This document shows, piece after piece, positions 49,739-63,370 of a stretch of DNA of 64,000 bases. This stretch comes from Lama glama (lineage: Eukaryota). Position 1 is the stretch's first letter. The number at the start of each line of letters is the position of its first letter. The stretch lies in NCBI GenBank assembly GCA_028534125.1, contig CM052844.1:13206001-13270000 (forward strand). The letters run 5' to 3'. The translations under genes and the position numbers were made by a program. The notes below the pieces were generated by a model. That model was not told the origin of the DNA and did not search any database. It saw nothing but the letters and a program-made list of their open reading frames with translations.

Positions 49739-49870
49739 CGCAGTGGAAACATTCAAAGTGGCTCTGGTTCTGAAATGGAGCCCAGTTTGGACCCGCTTGT
49801 GGAAAAGATAAAAGGAAAAGACCTACAGCTCTTAGAACTGAACAAAGAGAATGAATTATTGAAAATCAAG
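49739..49870 (+). CDS. CCDC68: CCDC68 coding exon (132 nt, phase 0-0): RSGNIQSGSGSEMEPSLDPLVEKIKGKDLQLLELNKENELLKIK
   Basis: Acceptor ttgttcatttcag, donor AAG|gtacga. Lies inside track ORF 49676..50059 and carries the KIKGKDLQLLE motif of CCDC68. Confidence 0.94.
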
Positions 49871-50087
49871 GTACGACAGTTTGGAGAAATTTCTAGGTTT
49901 GTCCTTGAAGCCTTTGAGCCAATAGGATGGATTTGTGGATCTGTGAGAGCAGAGGCGCCGCCATACACGTCCATCTGTCCACACGTGTGCTCGCGCACAT
50001 GGAGAAGAAGCATTTGTGCACTTGATCAATTAAATCTCACTGTTTCATGTTGGGGATGATTTTTATTATTGAAAAGATTTTACAGAA

Positions 50088-50248
50088 GTTCAACGGGTAT
50101 AACGTTTCAGTTGTGCAAGATGAGTTAATCCTAGAGACCTGCTGGATAACGTTGTGCCCGTAGTTCACACTTCAGTGTGCACTTAAAATTTTGTTAGCGA
50201 GGTTAGGTCTCATGTTAAGTGTTTTCACTACAATACATTTTTTAAAAA
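50088..50248 (+). mobile_element. Old L1 3' end (L1MA/L1MB-like)
   Basis: gggtataacgtttcagttgtgcaagatgag...ctagagacctgctg...cacttaaaattttgtta...tctcatgttaagtgttttcactacaat. Confidence 0.75.
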
Positions 50249-50880
50249 GTCTTCACACATTTAATCAATATTAATTAGAGCACCCATAGTCAAATGTCTC
50301 CTTATTTTGTTTAGTTAATCTATCGTTGGGTGCCTTATATTTTCCTTTTTTGGCTATTTTATATACGGTCCTACAGTGAATATCTTAGTAGGTAAATTGT
50401 TGCAGCCATCCTTGATTATTTCTTTAGGTTCAATCCTTGAAAGATTCATGACACTTTAGCTTTATTGCCCTTAATGTTCCAATCTTGTCCCACTTCTATT
50501 TCAGGAAAATACATCTTTCAGTACTGTTGTGGACATTGATGCTAAGACGCTTGCAAATATGTGTATAAGCAGATGGGGCACTGGGGACCTTTTTGCAGAG
50601 TGCAGTCTATAAATGCAGGGCACTGATGTGCATGGCACTCTCTTTGGCCTGGAGGGTGCAAATCACCTGCGTGACAAGCCCCACTAAGTAGGGGGTTTTC
50701 AAATTTTATGTTTTCTTCTTAGCAGATAACAGCTGACAGCGTCTTTCCTTCTATCCATTGTCTGTGAAGGTGCAAATGGTACAGCGACAGCCTGTGTTTT
50801 TAATTGCCCGTCAAATTGTTCTGTCCTTACCCCTTTTAACTGTAAATGTCAAAACATGCACAGTGACCTTTTGTTTCTAG

Positions 50881-51006
50881 CTGGAAGCCTCCAGAGAAGC
50901 AGGAGCAGTGGCTCTGAGAAATGTGGCCCAGAGGTTATTTGAAAGCTACCAAACACAGTCTGAAGAAGTTAGAAAGAAGCATGAGGACAGTAAATACTTA
51001 CTCCAG
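50881..51006 (+). CDS. CCDC68: CCDC68 coding exon (126 nt, phase 0-0): LEASREAGAVALRNVAQRLFESYQTQSEEVRKKHEDSKYLLQ
   Basis: Acceptor ttttgtttctag, donor CAG|gtacga. Overlaps track ORF 50908..51105 and carries the ALRNVAQRLFE motif. Confidence 0.95.
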
Positions 51007-51475
51007 GTACGAGCTCGCCGCTTGCGTGCTGGTGAACTGACCCCCAAGCTGTTCAAGTCTCTCTTTTTGGAGGAGTTAGACTTGAACCAAGCCAGGGCCA
51101 GCTGACTTGGCAAGCCCGGGGAAGGGTGGGCTGCCCATCCTCCGTGTCCATCTCCCCCATCTGTGCTTAGCCTGGTACCCAGATGTTGCTGAGATGTTGT
51201 GTTACCCCCTTGCCCAGAGCCTGGCAGAGCACAAGCAGGAGGGAGGCGAGGCAGTGCCCCCCAGCCTAGAAATCAGGGCTGACCCCAAGACACTGGCCAG
51301 TGACTTCCCTTATGGTACTGGGTCTACCTTTGACTGACTAGGTGGCCCCGTTTGAGTCATTCTGTCTCCTTGGACTTGACTTTAAAATGGAAAAGTTGCA
51401 GCACTAGATAAATTGTTTCAAAAACTTTTTGGTCCTGGAATACATCCCTCAGGGTAAGCAAACAAATAAGAAGAG

Positions 51476-51610
51476 TGTATGTGTGTATATATATATGAAA
51501 AATACAAATTATATATTTTATATTTTAATATATAAATATATATGAATTTAAAATGTAAAACCATATAAATATATGTATATGTCTCTGTATATCAGAGACA
51601 CACACACACT
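51476..51610. repeat. TA/CA-rich low-complexity repeat
   Basis: Degenerate (TA)n with terminal (CA)n. Confidence 0.7.
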
Positions 51611-52362
51611 TTTTTTGTTTGCTTTTAAATCTGAAATATGTATCCTAGGACCAATAAAACTTTATTTGAAGGGTGTGTTCTAGGACTGGAGGAGGGGAGA
51701 AGTGTGTGTATGTTTGTCTTGGTCAAAACTCAAAACAGGGAAGGTCATTCAGGCTGGGGTGGGGCACCCTGGTCTCTGCCAGCCCAGGCAGGAGCGCAGT
51801 AGGAAACCCACGGCAAAGGCAACGTGTCCTGAAGCCTGAGGCTGTGATGTGATGGTCACGGCTCACATGCAGGCGGGGTGCAGAGAAGGTACCAAGGGAA
51901 CGAGCGAGCAGGTGTGTGTGGACGGGAGTGCCTGAGCCCTGCAAAGGGGACTCAGCCCCAGTCTGGAGGGAGCTCCCGGGCAGGAATTCCTGCCTGGTAT
52001 TTTCAAGGGAAGTCAGACTTTTTTTTTTTTAACTGAAAAGCCTCTAGTTCTATTAAAGGCACAGGCAGACGGGCGTGCCCCTCCCAAGTGTGGCCTGTGG
52101 GCTGCCTGCTGGTGGCGTCTCGCCTTTATCTTTAGGTACAACCCCTGCTCTATGCTAGGAGATAAACCCTGACACAGTGGGAATAATTATTCTGCTTTTA
52201 CGACACTTTCTGATTATAAAACATTTTTTACTTGAACGTGTAAGATTTTATTTTTGTTCTAGTAAGTTTTGTTGAGAAAAAGTCAAAAATGTTGCTTTTC
52301 TTTTTTTAATAATATCATCATATTTGTAAATATTTTAATTTTTTTTTATGTTTCCAAACAGA

Positions 52363-52556
52363 TTTTCTTTTTATTGAAGTATAGTCAGTTTACAATGTTG
52401 TATCAGTTTCTGGTGTACAGCATAATAGTTCAGTCATACATATGCATACATATATTCATTTTCATATTCTTTTTCATTATAGGTTACAAAATACTGAATA
52501 TAGTTCCCTGTACTGTACAGTATAAACTTATTTATCTATTTTATATATAGTAGTTG
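52363..52556 (-). mobile_element. Short 5'-truncated L1 3' end
   Basis: ttttattgaagtatagtcagtttacaatgttg...tagttccctgtactgtacag...ttatctattttatatatagtagtt, same family as the 3' half of the 6505-6876 element. Confidence 0.85.
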
Positions 52557-52843
52557 CTTTTCTTAAACTACTGTCTCTCTTTCTTATACCAATTCAGATA
52601 GTATGTTTATGGTAACAAATGTCAACATTCTAGAGATAATATTTATATATTATTAATTCTTCATTGATTTAGTGTTGTAGTCCATCAGGCTTATTTTGAA
52701 GGAAAACTGAACTTAAGAAAGTAATTCTAAACACATGTGAGTTATTAAGTTTTTTTCTGGTTACTCAGAAAATTACAGAGGAAGATAATATCTGTATAGG
52801 TTTAATTACAACAGTAGTCTGACAACTGTTTTTCTGACCAAAG

Positions 52844-52972
52844 GTTAACAAACTTGAAAAAGAACAGAAATTGAAACAACGTGCTGAAAACCTGAATGAA
52901 ATTGCTGAAAAGCTTGAAGAAAAACATAGTCAAATCACGGAACTGGAGAATCTTGTACAGAGAATGGAAAAG
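52844..52972 (+). CDS. CCDC68: CCDC68 coding exon (129 nt, phase 0-0): VNKLEKEQKLKQRAENLNEIAEKLEEKHSQITELENLVQRMEK
   Basis: Acceptor tttttctgaccaaag, donor AAG|gtaggc. Coiled-coil heptads match recalled CCDC68. Confidence 0.93.
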
Positions 52973-55900
52973 GTAGGCCCCTGAAGAATTTAAGGGATTT
53001 CTTCCTGACGGAGTTAGGGTGGAGATTAAAGAAAATAACATGAAAATAAACAGCATTAAGTAAAAGTACACTTTGCAACTCTTAAGGCCTTAGGAAGTGC
53101 TCGATAATGTTTGCTTCTTCCCTTACACATGTAAGGTAACCTGTATTGTGGTTACTGATTTACCTCTTTGCAAATACTGCAGTCATATAATTATCTGTTG
53201 CTTTTTTTTCCTGGTAAATGTACGTCTCAGAAAGGGGAACCAGGTGAGGCTATGAATAGAAATGATGAAAAAGATCACAAAGTCCAGCTATAATTAGTAA
53301 TAGCATAGTGGATTCCTGTAACATAGTATTTTTATATACTAGAGTCAATGAATTGTCCATTTTGGGCCACCCAAGTCAACTTTAGTTTTGTAAAAACCTA
53401 CAACTCCCCGGGGACAGATGGAGTTCACATTAAGAAAGCCATTCTACGGAAATTGGAGCTCTCAAAAGTGACAATTTAGGGAAGAGAAATAATAGAACAA
53501 AAATTATTAAAAGTTTCATGCAGTGTTCCTTGAAGTAGCTGGCACACATAAAAAGTAAGCACATTAATTTAATTTTGCATGCCTTAGAATTTGGGATTTA
53601 GACAAACCAAGACATATTTTTTTTAATAGCAAACCAAACAAATAGAAAATTTGGCGTCTCTGAAACTGAATTGGGAGTAGATAAGAATATTGACTTTAAC
53701 ATGTAGTAAGTATTGCCCAATACATTTTTATATTTTTTATATTAATTCCCTGATTTGCCTCCACTCTTCTCAACCTTATTTTGTTTTATGAGTCTGCCTG
53801 AATTGACGCTATTTGAGAAATGTCACTCCAAAAGCATCACCTTTCAGTAGTTTTGCCAAAGGAGCTTTGATTAAGTTTTTACATATTTCCCAAGAGCTTA
53901 ATTTATAACACTTTTGACCAAAATTTATAATCTTAATGAAGGTCTTATGAAGAAATCGCAAAAATTAATTAAGCCCGAACATAAATGAATCTAGTGATAA
54001 TAATATACAGCTACATCCGTGTTGGGCGGTGGGTCGCTGAGTGCTTTACTGCTGCAGGAACCGCAGGGGTGGAATGTCCTCTAGGAGCTGGCTTCCCCGG
54101 GTGTGACAGGCTATCATTAAGATGTTTTAGACAAACTGTAACATTTGGATGAATACTTTGTAGTGTTAGGATATTTACCCTGTAATAAATACTTTAGCAA
54201 ACTAAGACTGAGCAAGGAATGTTTGCATTCAGGAAGGGAAGACGATTCTGGAACTCAGATAGGGTTGTTGAGTCACACTGGAGTAAACGGCGTGGCATTT
54301 ACATTTAGACTCGTGATCGCCTCAAACCCAGTAACACTGTGTCAGGTTTAGTGGCTAGCTGTCAATCCCTGAAGATTAACACAGAAAATTGGAATGTAAT
54401 TTCCATTTCCTAGAAGCCCTGGGAAATCTGTACTGGATGTGAGTTCTTCCCAGAATTCTGGAATAGATTCATTCAACTGTTTATTCAACAAATATTTGGG
54501 CACCTACCATATACTAGGCAGGGCTAGAGGCTAGACCTCTATTTGTGATTGAACCACTTATAGTCCCTTTGTGGAAATTGCAATTGTAGTTTATCTGGCT
54601 TGGGTAAGACTCAAGGAACCTCCTTCATTCATTCCCCCCGGGATCCTTAGGGACACTGACACTCCTACTGAAGATGAGGGAAAGGACCCCAGAATAAGGC
54701 TAAGTGGTTTAAGATACTGGCAGATATATCTGAAAATTGATGGTCTAGCCTTTGTCTTAATATTGAGCCCATATGGTGGACTGTCTCTAGGAACTCAGAC
54801 ACAGTCAGTGGACAGGATGCCCACGTTCACCAAAGCCATGCAGTAACCTTCCAGAAGACTCCCATTCACTGACCTCCTAGGGTGGAGTCTTTTGGAATCT
54901 CTGGGAGGTGGAAGGAGGTGGGGATGCAGTGGAAGGAAAATGTACAGGAGATTTTTTTTTGTAAACATCTTTAGTTTAAAGATCCATTGTGTTTGTAAAA
55001 ACAAACAAGCAAATAAAGAAAACTGTAAGAAGCAAAGATTGGTGACATCTTGGTTTAAGGAGATCCTGAGAATATAGGCTGTGATGAAGGGTTTCTCAGG
55101 AGGAGAGTGTGTATCAGAATGAGAGGAGGGTGGATACTGAGACCTTTGTCTCTGTAAGAAATAGACGTGAGTTCAAACAGGACATGAAAGTGAAAAATGA
55201 GCATCCACAACAAAGGTTGATAAACACCACCCTGGGATTGGGTACCCCCTGGAGAAGGATTCATTTTCTACTCACTTGCACAAGCCACTGCTCCAGTAAA
55301 TAGCCATTAGTGGTATGAGGTCTGGTAATGAACACATTACTTAAAACCTTCACCATCTGTCCCGCTTTAATCAGAAATGCAGTGAGAATGAATTCCATAA
55401 ACATAGTGATAAGCCAGCAAAAACGCCCAATAAGAGCATTTTAATACGGCATATGCTCCTTTGGCTAGTAGCACGATTCTGCTGCATCATGTTTGTTTTC
55501 CAGTGTAACTGATTTCGCTCTATTAGAATTTGAAAGCACAAAGGCGCTTTAGAGACCATCTAGTTCCTCATCATTTCACAAATGAGGACAATGCGAATGA
55601 GGAGCTATTCCACTGTCTTCCAGGTGGCAGTTCACAGTCCTTTCCGTGATGCCCCTATCTTCCCTGATGCCAGATAAAAAATGATATCCTTGATTGCTAA
55701 ACCATTTAGATGTCAACGCATGACAAGGATTTAAATTGGTATCCACTCCCCCTTGATCAGTAGTGTGAGGGAGCTCTTGAGCTCTTCAGAGGTGTGGTTT
55801 GGGGAAGAGTGGTTGCCCGCTGGGTGGTGCTGTGAACGCCTTTCTCTTTCCAGAAGACATTGTCCCTGCGAAGTGCTGGCTGGTGTAGTGTGATTTTCCG

Positions 55901-57697
55901 TGTTATTAGCAAGGACGTACTAGGGACCCAGGCTAGATGCTGGAGCCCTGACCAGGGCAAACCATTTACTTGTCCAGTTGCCTGGTCTCTTTGAACCCTG
56001 ATTATGAAGATCCATTAATTGAGAGTAAGTCTATTAGGAAGAATGTTAAATGCCATTTTTCTTCCTACAAATTCAAAATACATTATCAGTGATGTGTTTC
56101 TTTGATGATCCACGTGTCCTAATAAACTTGCAAGGAGCATCTTGATTCTCAGATCCACTAGGGCTACACCAGAAAGATAATCTATATGTGACAAGAATGC
56201 TACAGGAAATTTTTGACAAAGTTAGTATCAATTTAAAAAATAGCAGCACATAAGATATGAAGTGTTTGACTCCTTCAAATTATTAGAGATTCAGGTCTTA
56301 ATATGCCAGAGAAGCATGTAGACCTTTCACATACATCTCCAATTATCCCAACAGTTCCATATTGATAGATCTCCATTTTTAGGATGTTCAAAAAGTCAAA
56401 AATATGACAAACAAATAGAGAGTGAATACATGTTAGATGTTTTATTCAACTCATTAATTAATGAGGAAAGCAGTAAGATGGTACTACTGGTTTAAATAGA
56501 ATATTTTTTGAAATAGGCTATTGATATGCATTTTGAAAAACAAGAATATAGAATAAGATTACTAGGTTTAGATACAAAGCTGGTTAATATGCTTTAAGGC
56601 AATTAAATCATAACCTTTCAGATTATCTTTTTTACTAGGGGGAAATCTATGAATTAACATGCAATCTCATAGAGTCAGGGCTGCAGTCAAATAATAAATA
56701 ATAAAGTCAAATACAAAGAAATTCTCCAAGAGAATAAAAACTCCTTGGCTCAGGTTATTAAACAATGACCCAATATGACATTAAAATCATATAGTTTGAT
56801 TTCTAAGTTTTGGTTAATTTTTTTTTTGCGGTGATGAAGTCTAGAGAGGTTAAAACCTTGGCAAAAATTACACAGTCCCAAAGTTTCGAAATCAGGTCAG
56901 GCCATGTCCAAAGACTTTCCAATGTTTTTGCCATATGGCACTGCCTATTATTTACCCATATAAATATTGCAGAAGGAGTGATTTTTAAATAGCACTGTAA
57001 ATAATGTCAAAACGTCTATTTCCATCACGTACAAAAATAGAACGCAATCATTCTTGGGTTTTCATGGACCTGTCTATTCTCCTTTTGAATGGAAAGAGTT
57101 TGGTTTAATAATGACATTAAGGGTATTTTTTTTAGATAGTCTTTCTCAATGTCAAAATTTCTCATATCTTAATTAGGATGTGGCTTTATCATTTGTGACC
57201 TTGATCCTTCACTAAAAATACATTTACTACTTTTCCACTTCCTCATGGATGCCATGTGAGCAGGTAGGTATCGAGACAAGTGCAGTAGTGTCCTTGGATA
57301 CCAACAACTCAGTGTAACGGAGGAGAAGCAGGTGTAATGTAGGGAGAGTTGGTGCCTACAGAGAGATGAGCAGGCGGTTAGCGTTGGGGGTGGAATGAAG
57401 CCAGAGTTCTCCGGACAAGTGAGGGCAGTGAAGACCCGTCTTTGAGCTACTTGTAAACCATGCGGAGAATACCTGACCAGGCTTCACTGGGGTGGGTTGT
57501 AACAGCTCCACGTGAAATTAGCTCTTTAACTCAAAATATAATTCTAGTATTACAATAAGCATCTTTTGTGAACAGTTTGCAAGAATGCCTTGCCAAACAC
57601 ATATACACACACACAGAGAGAAAACAAGAGACAAAGGGAAAGGCAGAGACAGAGAGGAAAAGAAAAATGCAAAAACCTGTACCTTATTTTCTCCTAG

Positions 57698-57780
57698 GAA
57701 AAGAGAACCCTGCTGGAAAAAAAACTGTCTTTGGAAAACAAGCTGCTGCATCTCAGATCCAACGCTGCTTATGCTAAAAG
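57698..57780 (+). CDS. CCDC68: CCDC68 coding exon (83 nt, phase 0-2): EKRTLLEKKLSLENKLLHLRSNAAYAK(S)
   Basis: Acceptor ttattttctcctag, donor AAG|gtttgc. Matches recalled human EKRTLLERKLSLENKLLQLKSSATYGKS. Confidence 0.92.
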
Positions 57781-60700
57781 GTTTGCAAATCGACCTCCTA
57801 AGTGAAAGCAGTTCCCGGGGTCTTCTCTGCTGGTCCATGGCCAGTGGAGAGAAGGCTGCCGTCCCCCAAGGAAACAGGAAGCCTGAAAGTACAGGAGGAA
57901 GGGAGCTTTCTTAGAATTAACAGCCAAGCACCTCCCCTTCCCCACCCACTGGGGACTCAGAGCGGGCAGAGTTCACTGGGAGTACAGGGAAACTGGTATG
58001 TGTATTGAGGGAGGGGTGTTAATCCCTTTGAAGAGTGAATGAGCCTGTCCCCTCCCTGTTTATCCTTGCATCCTTGCTGCTGAAGAGGATGCTGTTGAGG
58101 GCTCCATTCCCCTGAAGTTCTGATTTCGTGAACGGATCTCTGCTACAGCCAGCATTAAATTGGCTGGTCCACAAGTGAGATTGTAAGATCATTCTATGGT
58201 GCCCCCAACTTTGTAAAGAAAGAAGGAAATATTGTGAAAAACATCCCTAGTTCCTGGGACTTATTTACAAATACTCATAATTCACAAACAGTCACAGTCC
58301 TTAGTTTGCTGGGGGGGCGGGGGTGAATTTATGGACCTATGGATGTCACCACAATGGCTTGACTACTTGGCTGCAGATTCTCTGGAGTTCCATGTAAAAT
58401 TCGTATCATGTGAAATTTAGTGAACTTTTTCTTTTCTTTTCCTTTCCTTTTTTTTTTTTTCCAATTCTAAGCCTACTGCAATCATTATATATTCTGATAT
58501 AAAGTCCAAAGTCAAATCCATTTTAAGATCTTAGTCCATCCATCTAGAGCTATTGCTCCTTAGGGTACCAGGCATTAGCAGGTGCACCTCAGAATGTACA
58601 CATTCTTATTCTCATTTATTCAGTAACATACGCTCAAACATCACTCTCTTTTGGAGTTTTGATTTTTTTCTATTTCCTTTTCTTTTTCTACTATCTCTCT
58701 TTCTCTTCTCATCTCTTAAATGCTGCAGCCTCTGTCTGCCTCATAATCCTGTATTGGACCCCATATGACAAAGTCCTGAACTGGGCTGACGCCGGCAATG
58801 GTATCTATATACGTGAAACACTGGGGTACCACTAATATTAATTTCTCCATATTCTTCCCAGTAAACTAGCATAGAGCCCCAGAAGGTGGGCGTCTCAGAG
58901 TGTTATAGCACTGTGCAACTCTGTAGAGAATGAAAGAAATACTGTGGAAGACATCCATAGGTCTTCGAAATTACTTACATATACTCATAATTTAACTCTA
59001 CGTGAATCTTTGGCTTACACTTTTGTTTTTTTCCCTAAAGAGAGCTCTCCCATGCAGCAGAACTACAGCAGGTACAATGCGCCTTCCAGTAAGAGTCCAG
59101 ACAATCTGAGCTTGACTTTTTTTTAAATAATTTTTTTTATTAATAATAGAAGTTTTTTGGGTCAGTTTTGAACCAAAAATGTAATTGTTTTAAAAGACCA
59201 AACTGATTTATTCTTTCAGTTCTATTATATATGAGCAGTTGTTACAAGGAATTCTCAAAAAAAAAAAAAAGAAACAAAACACTTAGGAAGGTTTTAGAAA
59301 TATTTTTGGCGAAATGGATGTTTTGTGCTTCCAGAAAGGTGTTTGAACACCCCCGGCTTTTGCAGTTTTCATAAATTGTAGATATTGCAAGTATTTGTTT
59401 TACTTGTTACTTTGAGCTGAGTGTAGAGGTATTCACTTCGCTAAACGACAAGAAAATGAAATCAGTATGAGTCAGATGCTTGGGGTTAAGGCAACAGAGC
59501 CTTGGCTAAACCACCACAGATAAAGAGGAGTTCTGTTGGGTTAAGACTGGAGAGATTTGGCCACAGAGAAGACGAACTCGTGGGCAGGCAGGAGGGCAGC
59601 CCTCTAGCACCTAATGTGATGTTAAAAACCAGGTTATTTTGTTGCTCCCGTTCAGTCATGGGTGTTTGTGCAGGTTCCTCCTTCTCTTGGGGTTGAGGTT
59701 GCTCTTCCAGGTTCATTACCTTTTCCAACTTTTTTTTTTTCACCAGCTGGTTTATATTCTCTATATTTTCCGGAATTTCAGAGGAAAGAGTCCTACTGGC
59801 CCTAAGACCACTTCCTGTGTTGGGCAGATGGATCATGTTGACCAACCCCTCCATCCAACCAGCAGCCGTTGGCAGGTGCCCCCTCCCAGGCTTGTGGGTG
59901 ACCTCCCCTTACTCAAGGAACAGCCTAGGGCCACCTCCCTGAGCAGGGAGCTATGGGTGGTTTAACTGCCCTTAAACATAGAGAGCGGGTTTGACAGGCA
60001 CCATGACTTTCTTGAATTGCAATGAGCTTCATTCTGCCATGTTGATAAAAAGGTTCGATAGGTTCCAAATGGCATTTCTAATATTAGACAGTATCTCTGA
60101 GGACGATAGCTTTTAAGCTTTTATAATTCAGAAAAAATGACTTTTTCTTGCATATGGATATGTATACATTATTATAAGATATTAAGCTAACCCTCGCAGT
60201 TACTTTCAATGGGAGATAAAAGATTTGACAGAAGCATCTTCTCTTAAAAACAAGGCTTGATTCTGTATTGCTGCTGCTGTCAGTACTGGCACATGGGTAG
60301 GGAGTGCCCTTCAGCTTGTAAACAACCCCAGGTCCCTTATTTCATTGAATCCCTCCGTTGGCTTCTCAGCGGGGGGATCACAGCTTCTAACTGGTAAGGT
60401 GACCTGTCCAGGTTACTCAGCCTTTCAGAAGGTGTAGAGCTGGGAGTTTGGGCTCTCGTGCTGTCACAGCAAAGCCAGTGCACGTTCTGCTCTAGAGGAG
60501 ATGTGACCTTCTCTCTCTCCTTCCTGGAAACTCCGGAGAACTTCTCTCAGACTGGTCCCCTCAGTCCCCTCTGTGGCTCTGAGCAGAAAGCAGTTTTCCA
60601 GCGTCTCTCTGCGCGGTGATGTCACGGACAAACACACAGGCCCATTGTAGAGTCATCCTTCCCAGAAACACCTTTGGGGTTTGTAAAGGCAAGTCGGCCG

Positions 60701-62906
60701 TTGGCTCCTCCTTGTAGGCCCCGCTCAGGGATGGCAGGTCGCCTAGAGGAGGAGGCAGGGCGTCTTGACGATGGGGTGGCATGTCAGAGCACACTGTTGT
60801 GACTCACACTGGTCATCCATCTTCAGTGGTTTGCAGGGCTCCCTCGAGCCCCACCCCAACCCCTTTAGTGCCGCCACTGAATATAACAATGGAGGCGATT
60901 CTGTAAGACATATTCCTGAGTTTGGTTGAAATGTGAACAGAGCTGCCCCCACGTCTGAGCTTATTTTCACCTTGATCTGGCTGGGAAAGGTCGGGACCCG
61001 GCCTCCCCTATTCTTGTGGTTGTGATCCTCAGTTTCCCTCTCTTCCTCTGTGGACTCATGTTCAGTGATGGCCACCATAAAGGTCCAAAGAAACATCAGC
61101 TGCTAAATAGCAGGAGATCTGAGTCCTTCTAGACTCCAGGATGAGCCCTTCATAGCTTCAGAGAGGCTCCAGGATGCCACGCATCTCACTGTCTTCTCTC
61201 TCACGTGGGAACTCCGTGTAGAGTTATTCATATTCCCAGCGCCTGGGTGTGTGTAATGTGCCGGGAGGAACAGCATCGTGGTACGTGACATGTAGTTCCA
61301 GTTGCCACTTTCACTGCATCCCTCTTGTATCTCAGTACCTAGCTCTTTTTATTTCTTCTGCAATTTCCATTCCTAGAAACATCATAATGCATTAACCCCT
61401 GATAATGAGTAGTTTGTGAAGACTTAAAAGGGTTATATTCCGGGATCGTGTAAGTATGGCCATCCCCATGTTCTTCATTCCCTCTGTAATTATGTATTTA
61501 TATGCCCTGAGTTCTAAGAAAATGTGAGATTGTTAACAAAAATCACGTAAAATAAACATAATCCTTTAACTGGAAATAAATTAGATGAAGAGGCCAAGGA
61601 GATAAAAGAACAGGTATCCAATGAGGCTGGCCTACAAAATGTGTACCTGGACGGGCTACACACCTGTTCAGGGTAGACCACTGACTCAATTTTAAATTTT
61701 CTAGCAGCCAACCTAGTGAGGAAATTATGATTAGTCTGGTGGTGCACAATGTCCACGTGACTAAAACCAACCAGTTTTTGGGGGGAGAAGTCTAGTTCTT
61801 TTTAATATGTCTATAAGGCAAGAGAGAGATTTTCTAGCATATGCTCATAAAAAGAACCCTGAACGATGTCTTCGACTGAATCCTTATAGTAAACGCAGAA
61901 GATGTACCTCAGAAAATCCTTTTAAAAAGTAGGATAGCGTGAGGCTGGAGAATAATTCAATCAAAGCCATTTTAACAGTGAGGTGCTGCAGGCAATGTGG
62001 CAAGGCTCAGTAATGCTACCTCTGATGGTGGAAGTTGGCCCCAAAGCAGGTTTGAAAGTATCCTGACAAACAGATGGAGAGACAGGCCTCCATGTCCTCA
62101 GTTCCCGTTGACCAAGCCTTCGGCGGAAGTTGGCTGGCGGAGAGATGCTTCTTGCCTAGTACTTATGCTGTGATCATCCTGTGTTCCTAAGACAAAACCA
62201 CTTGTGTTCACATTTCTGCAGGTTGAAGCTAGGACTAGCATGCTTTCGTGAACACGAAGGAATCTAACAGGAAGAAGACCAGAAATGGAGCTCCACTCAC
62301 TCTCCCTCTGTAGTTCACTAGGAGAGCATCCTCAGTACCTGTTCTCGAAAGGGTAGAGCTAAAATTTTTCTCTCTTTCCTTGGGGCTTTTTCTTTGCTCT
62401 TTTGCCGTTTCCAGGCTGTGGACATTTTCAGCTCCAAGCCTGGGATCTGTGAGGCAAAAACAAAACCCAGGGGACTCACCGTTGTGTCATTCCCTGGATC
62501 CCCAGGTCCCGAGCCAGTCTTCCTTCCTCTCTCCACCTTTCAGAGTCTTCTTGTGTTTGTTGATGCAAAATGTTCATGTTTGGGGTTAATGGGAAGAAGA
62601 GGGGAACGCACATCTTCTACATCTTCCTGGAAGCGGAAGTTTTTCAGTTCTATTTTAATTTCAGCCTTTACTTTGTATTTATATTGAGGCATTGGGAGAC
62701 TGAGCATAAATCCTAGACACAGACATTTGGCCTCTTTTCCTAGGTCTGGCCTTTGTTATATTTCTTCTTCTTGTTTCGCTTTAGAACATTTTTATTAAGA
62801 CTAAGTGCTTGAGCTGAAAGATAAATAACGGAGATTAAAGAGAGCTCAAAAGGCAGCTGATTTAAGTGTCGTCTCACATTCAAAGACCTTAAATGGATGA
62901 CGAGCG

Positions 62907-63337
62907 TTTTTTTTTAATTGAAGCATAGTTGATTTACAATGTTGTGTTAATTTCTGGTCTATAGCATAGCGATTTAGTTACACGTATACATACATTCTTT
63001 TTCATTATAGCATATTACAAGTCATTGTAGTTCCCTGTGCTCTACAGTAGCATCTTGCTGTTTATCTACTCTGTATAAAGTGGTTTGTATCTGCTAATCC
63101 CAACCTGCCAATTTACCCCTCTGCTCCCCACTTTTCCCCTTCAGTAACCATAAGCTTGTTTTCTGTGTCTGTGAGTCTCTTTCTGTTTTGTAAATAAGTT
63201 CATTTGTGTCATTTCTTTTTTTAGATTCCACATATAAGTGATATCATGATATTTGTCTTTCTCTGAATTACTTCACCTAGTATGATAATCTCTAGGTCCA
63301 CCCATTATTTCTTTCTTTTTTATGGCTGAGTAATACT

Positions 63338-63370
<33 letters not shown>

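Noticed and set aside
49871-50059. 3' extension of the 127-aa track ORF (also 51007-51105 of the 65-aa ORF)
   Set aside because: Read-through into introns beyond canonical donors. Similarity to CCDC68 stops at the GT.
51333-51350. Second CTCF-like motif (ctgactaggtggcccc)
   Set aside because: It has mismatches at conserved core positions and is too weak without binding data.
59486-59854. 122-aa minus-strand ORF with a charged, protein-like stretch (KKKKLEKVMNLEEQPQPQEKEE)
   Set aside because: The Lys run comes from a T homopolymer and the Glu/Gln richness from a pyrimidine-rich plus strand. No recognisable parent gene, poly(A) or TSD.
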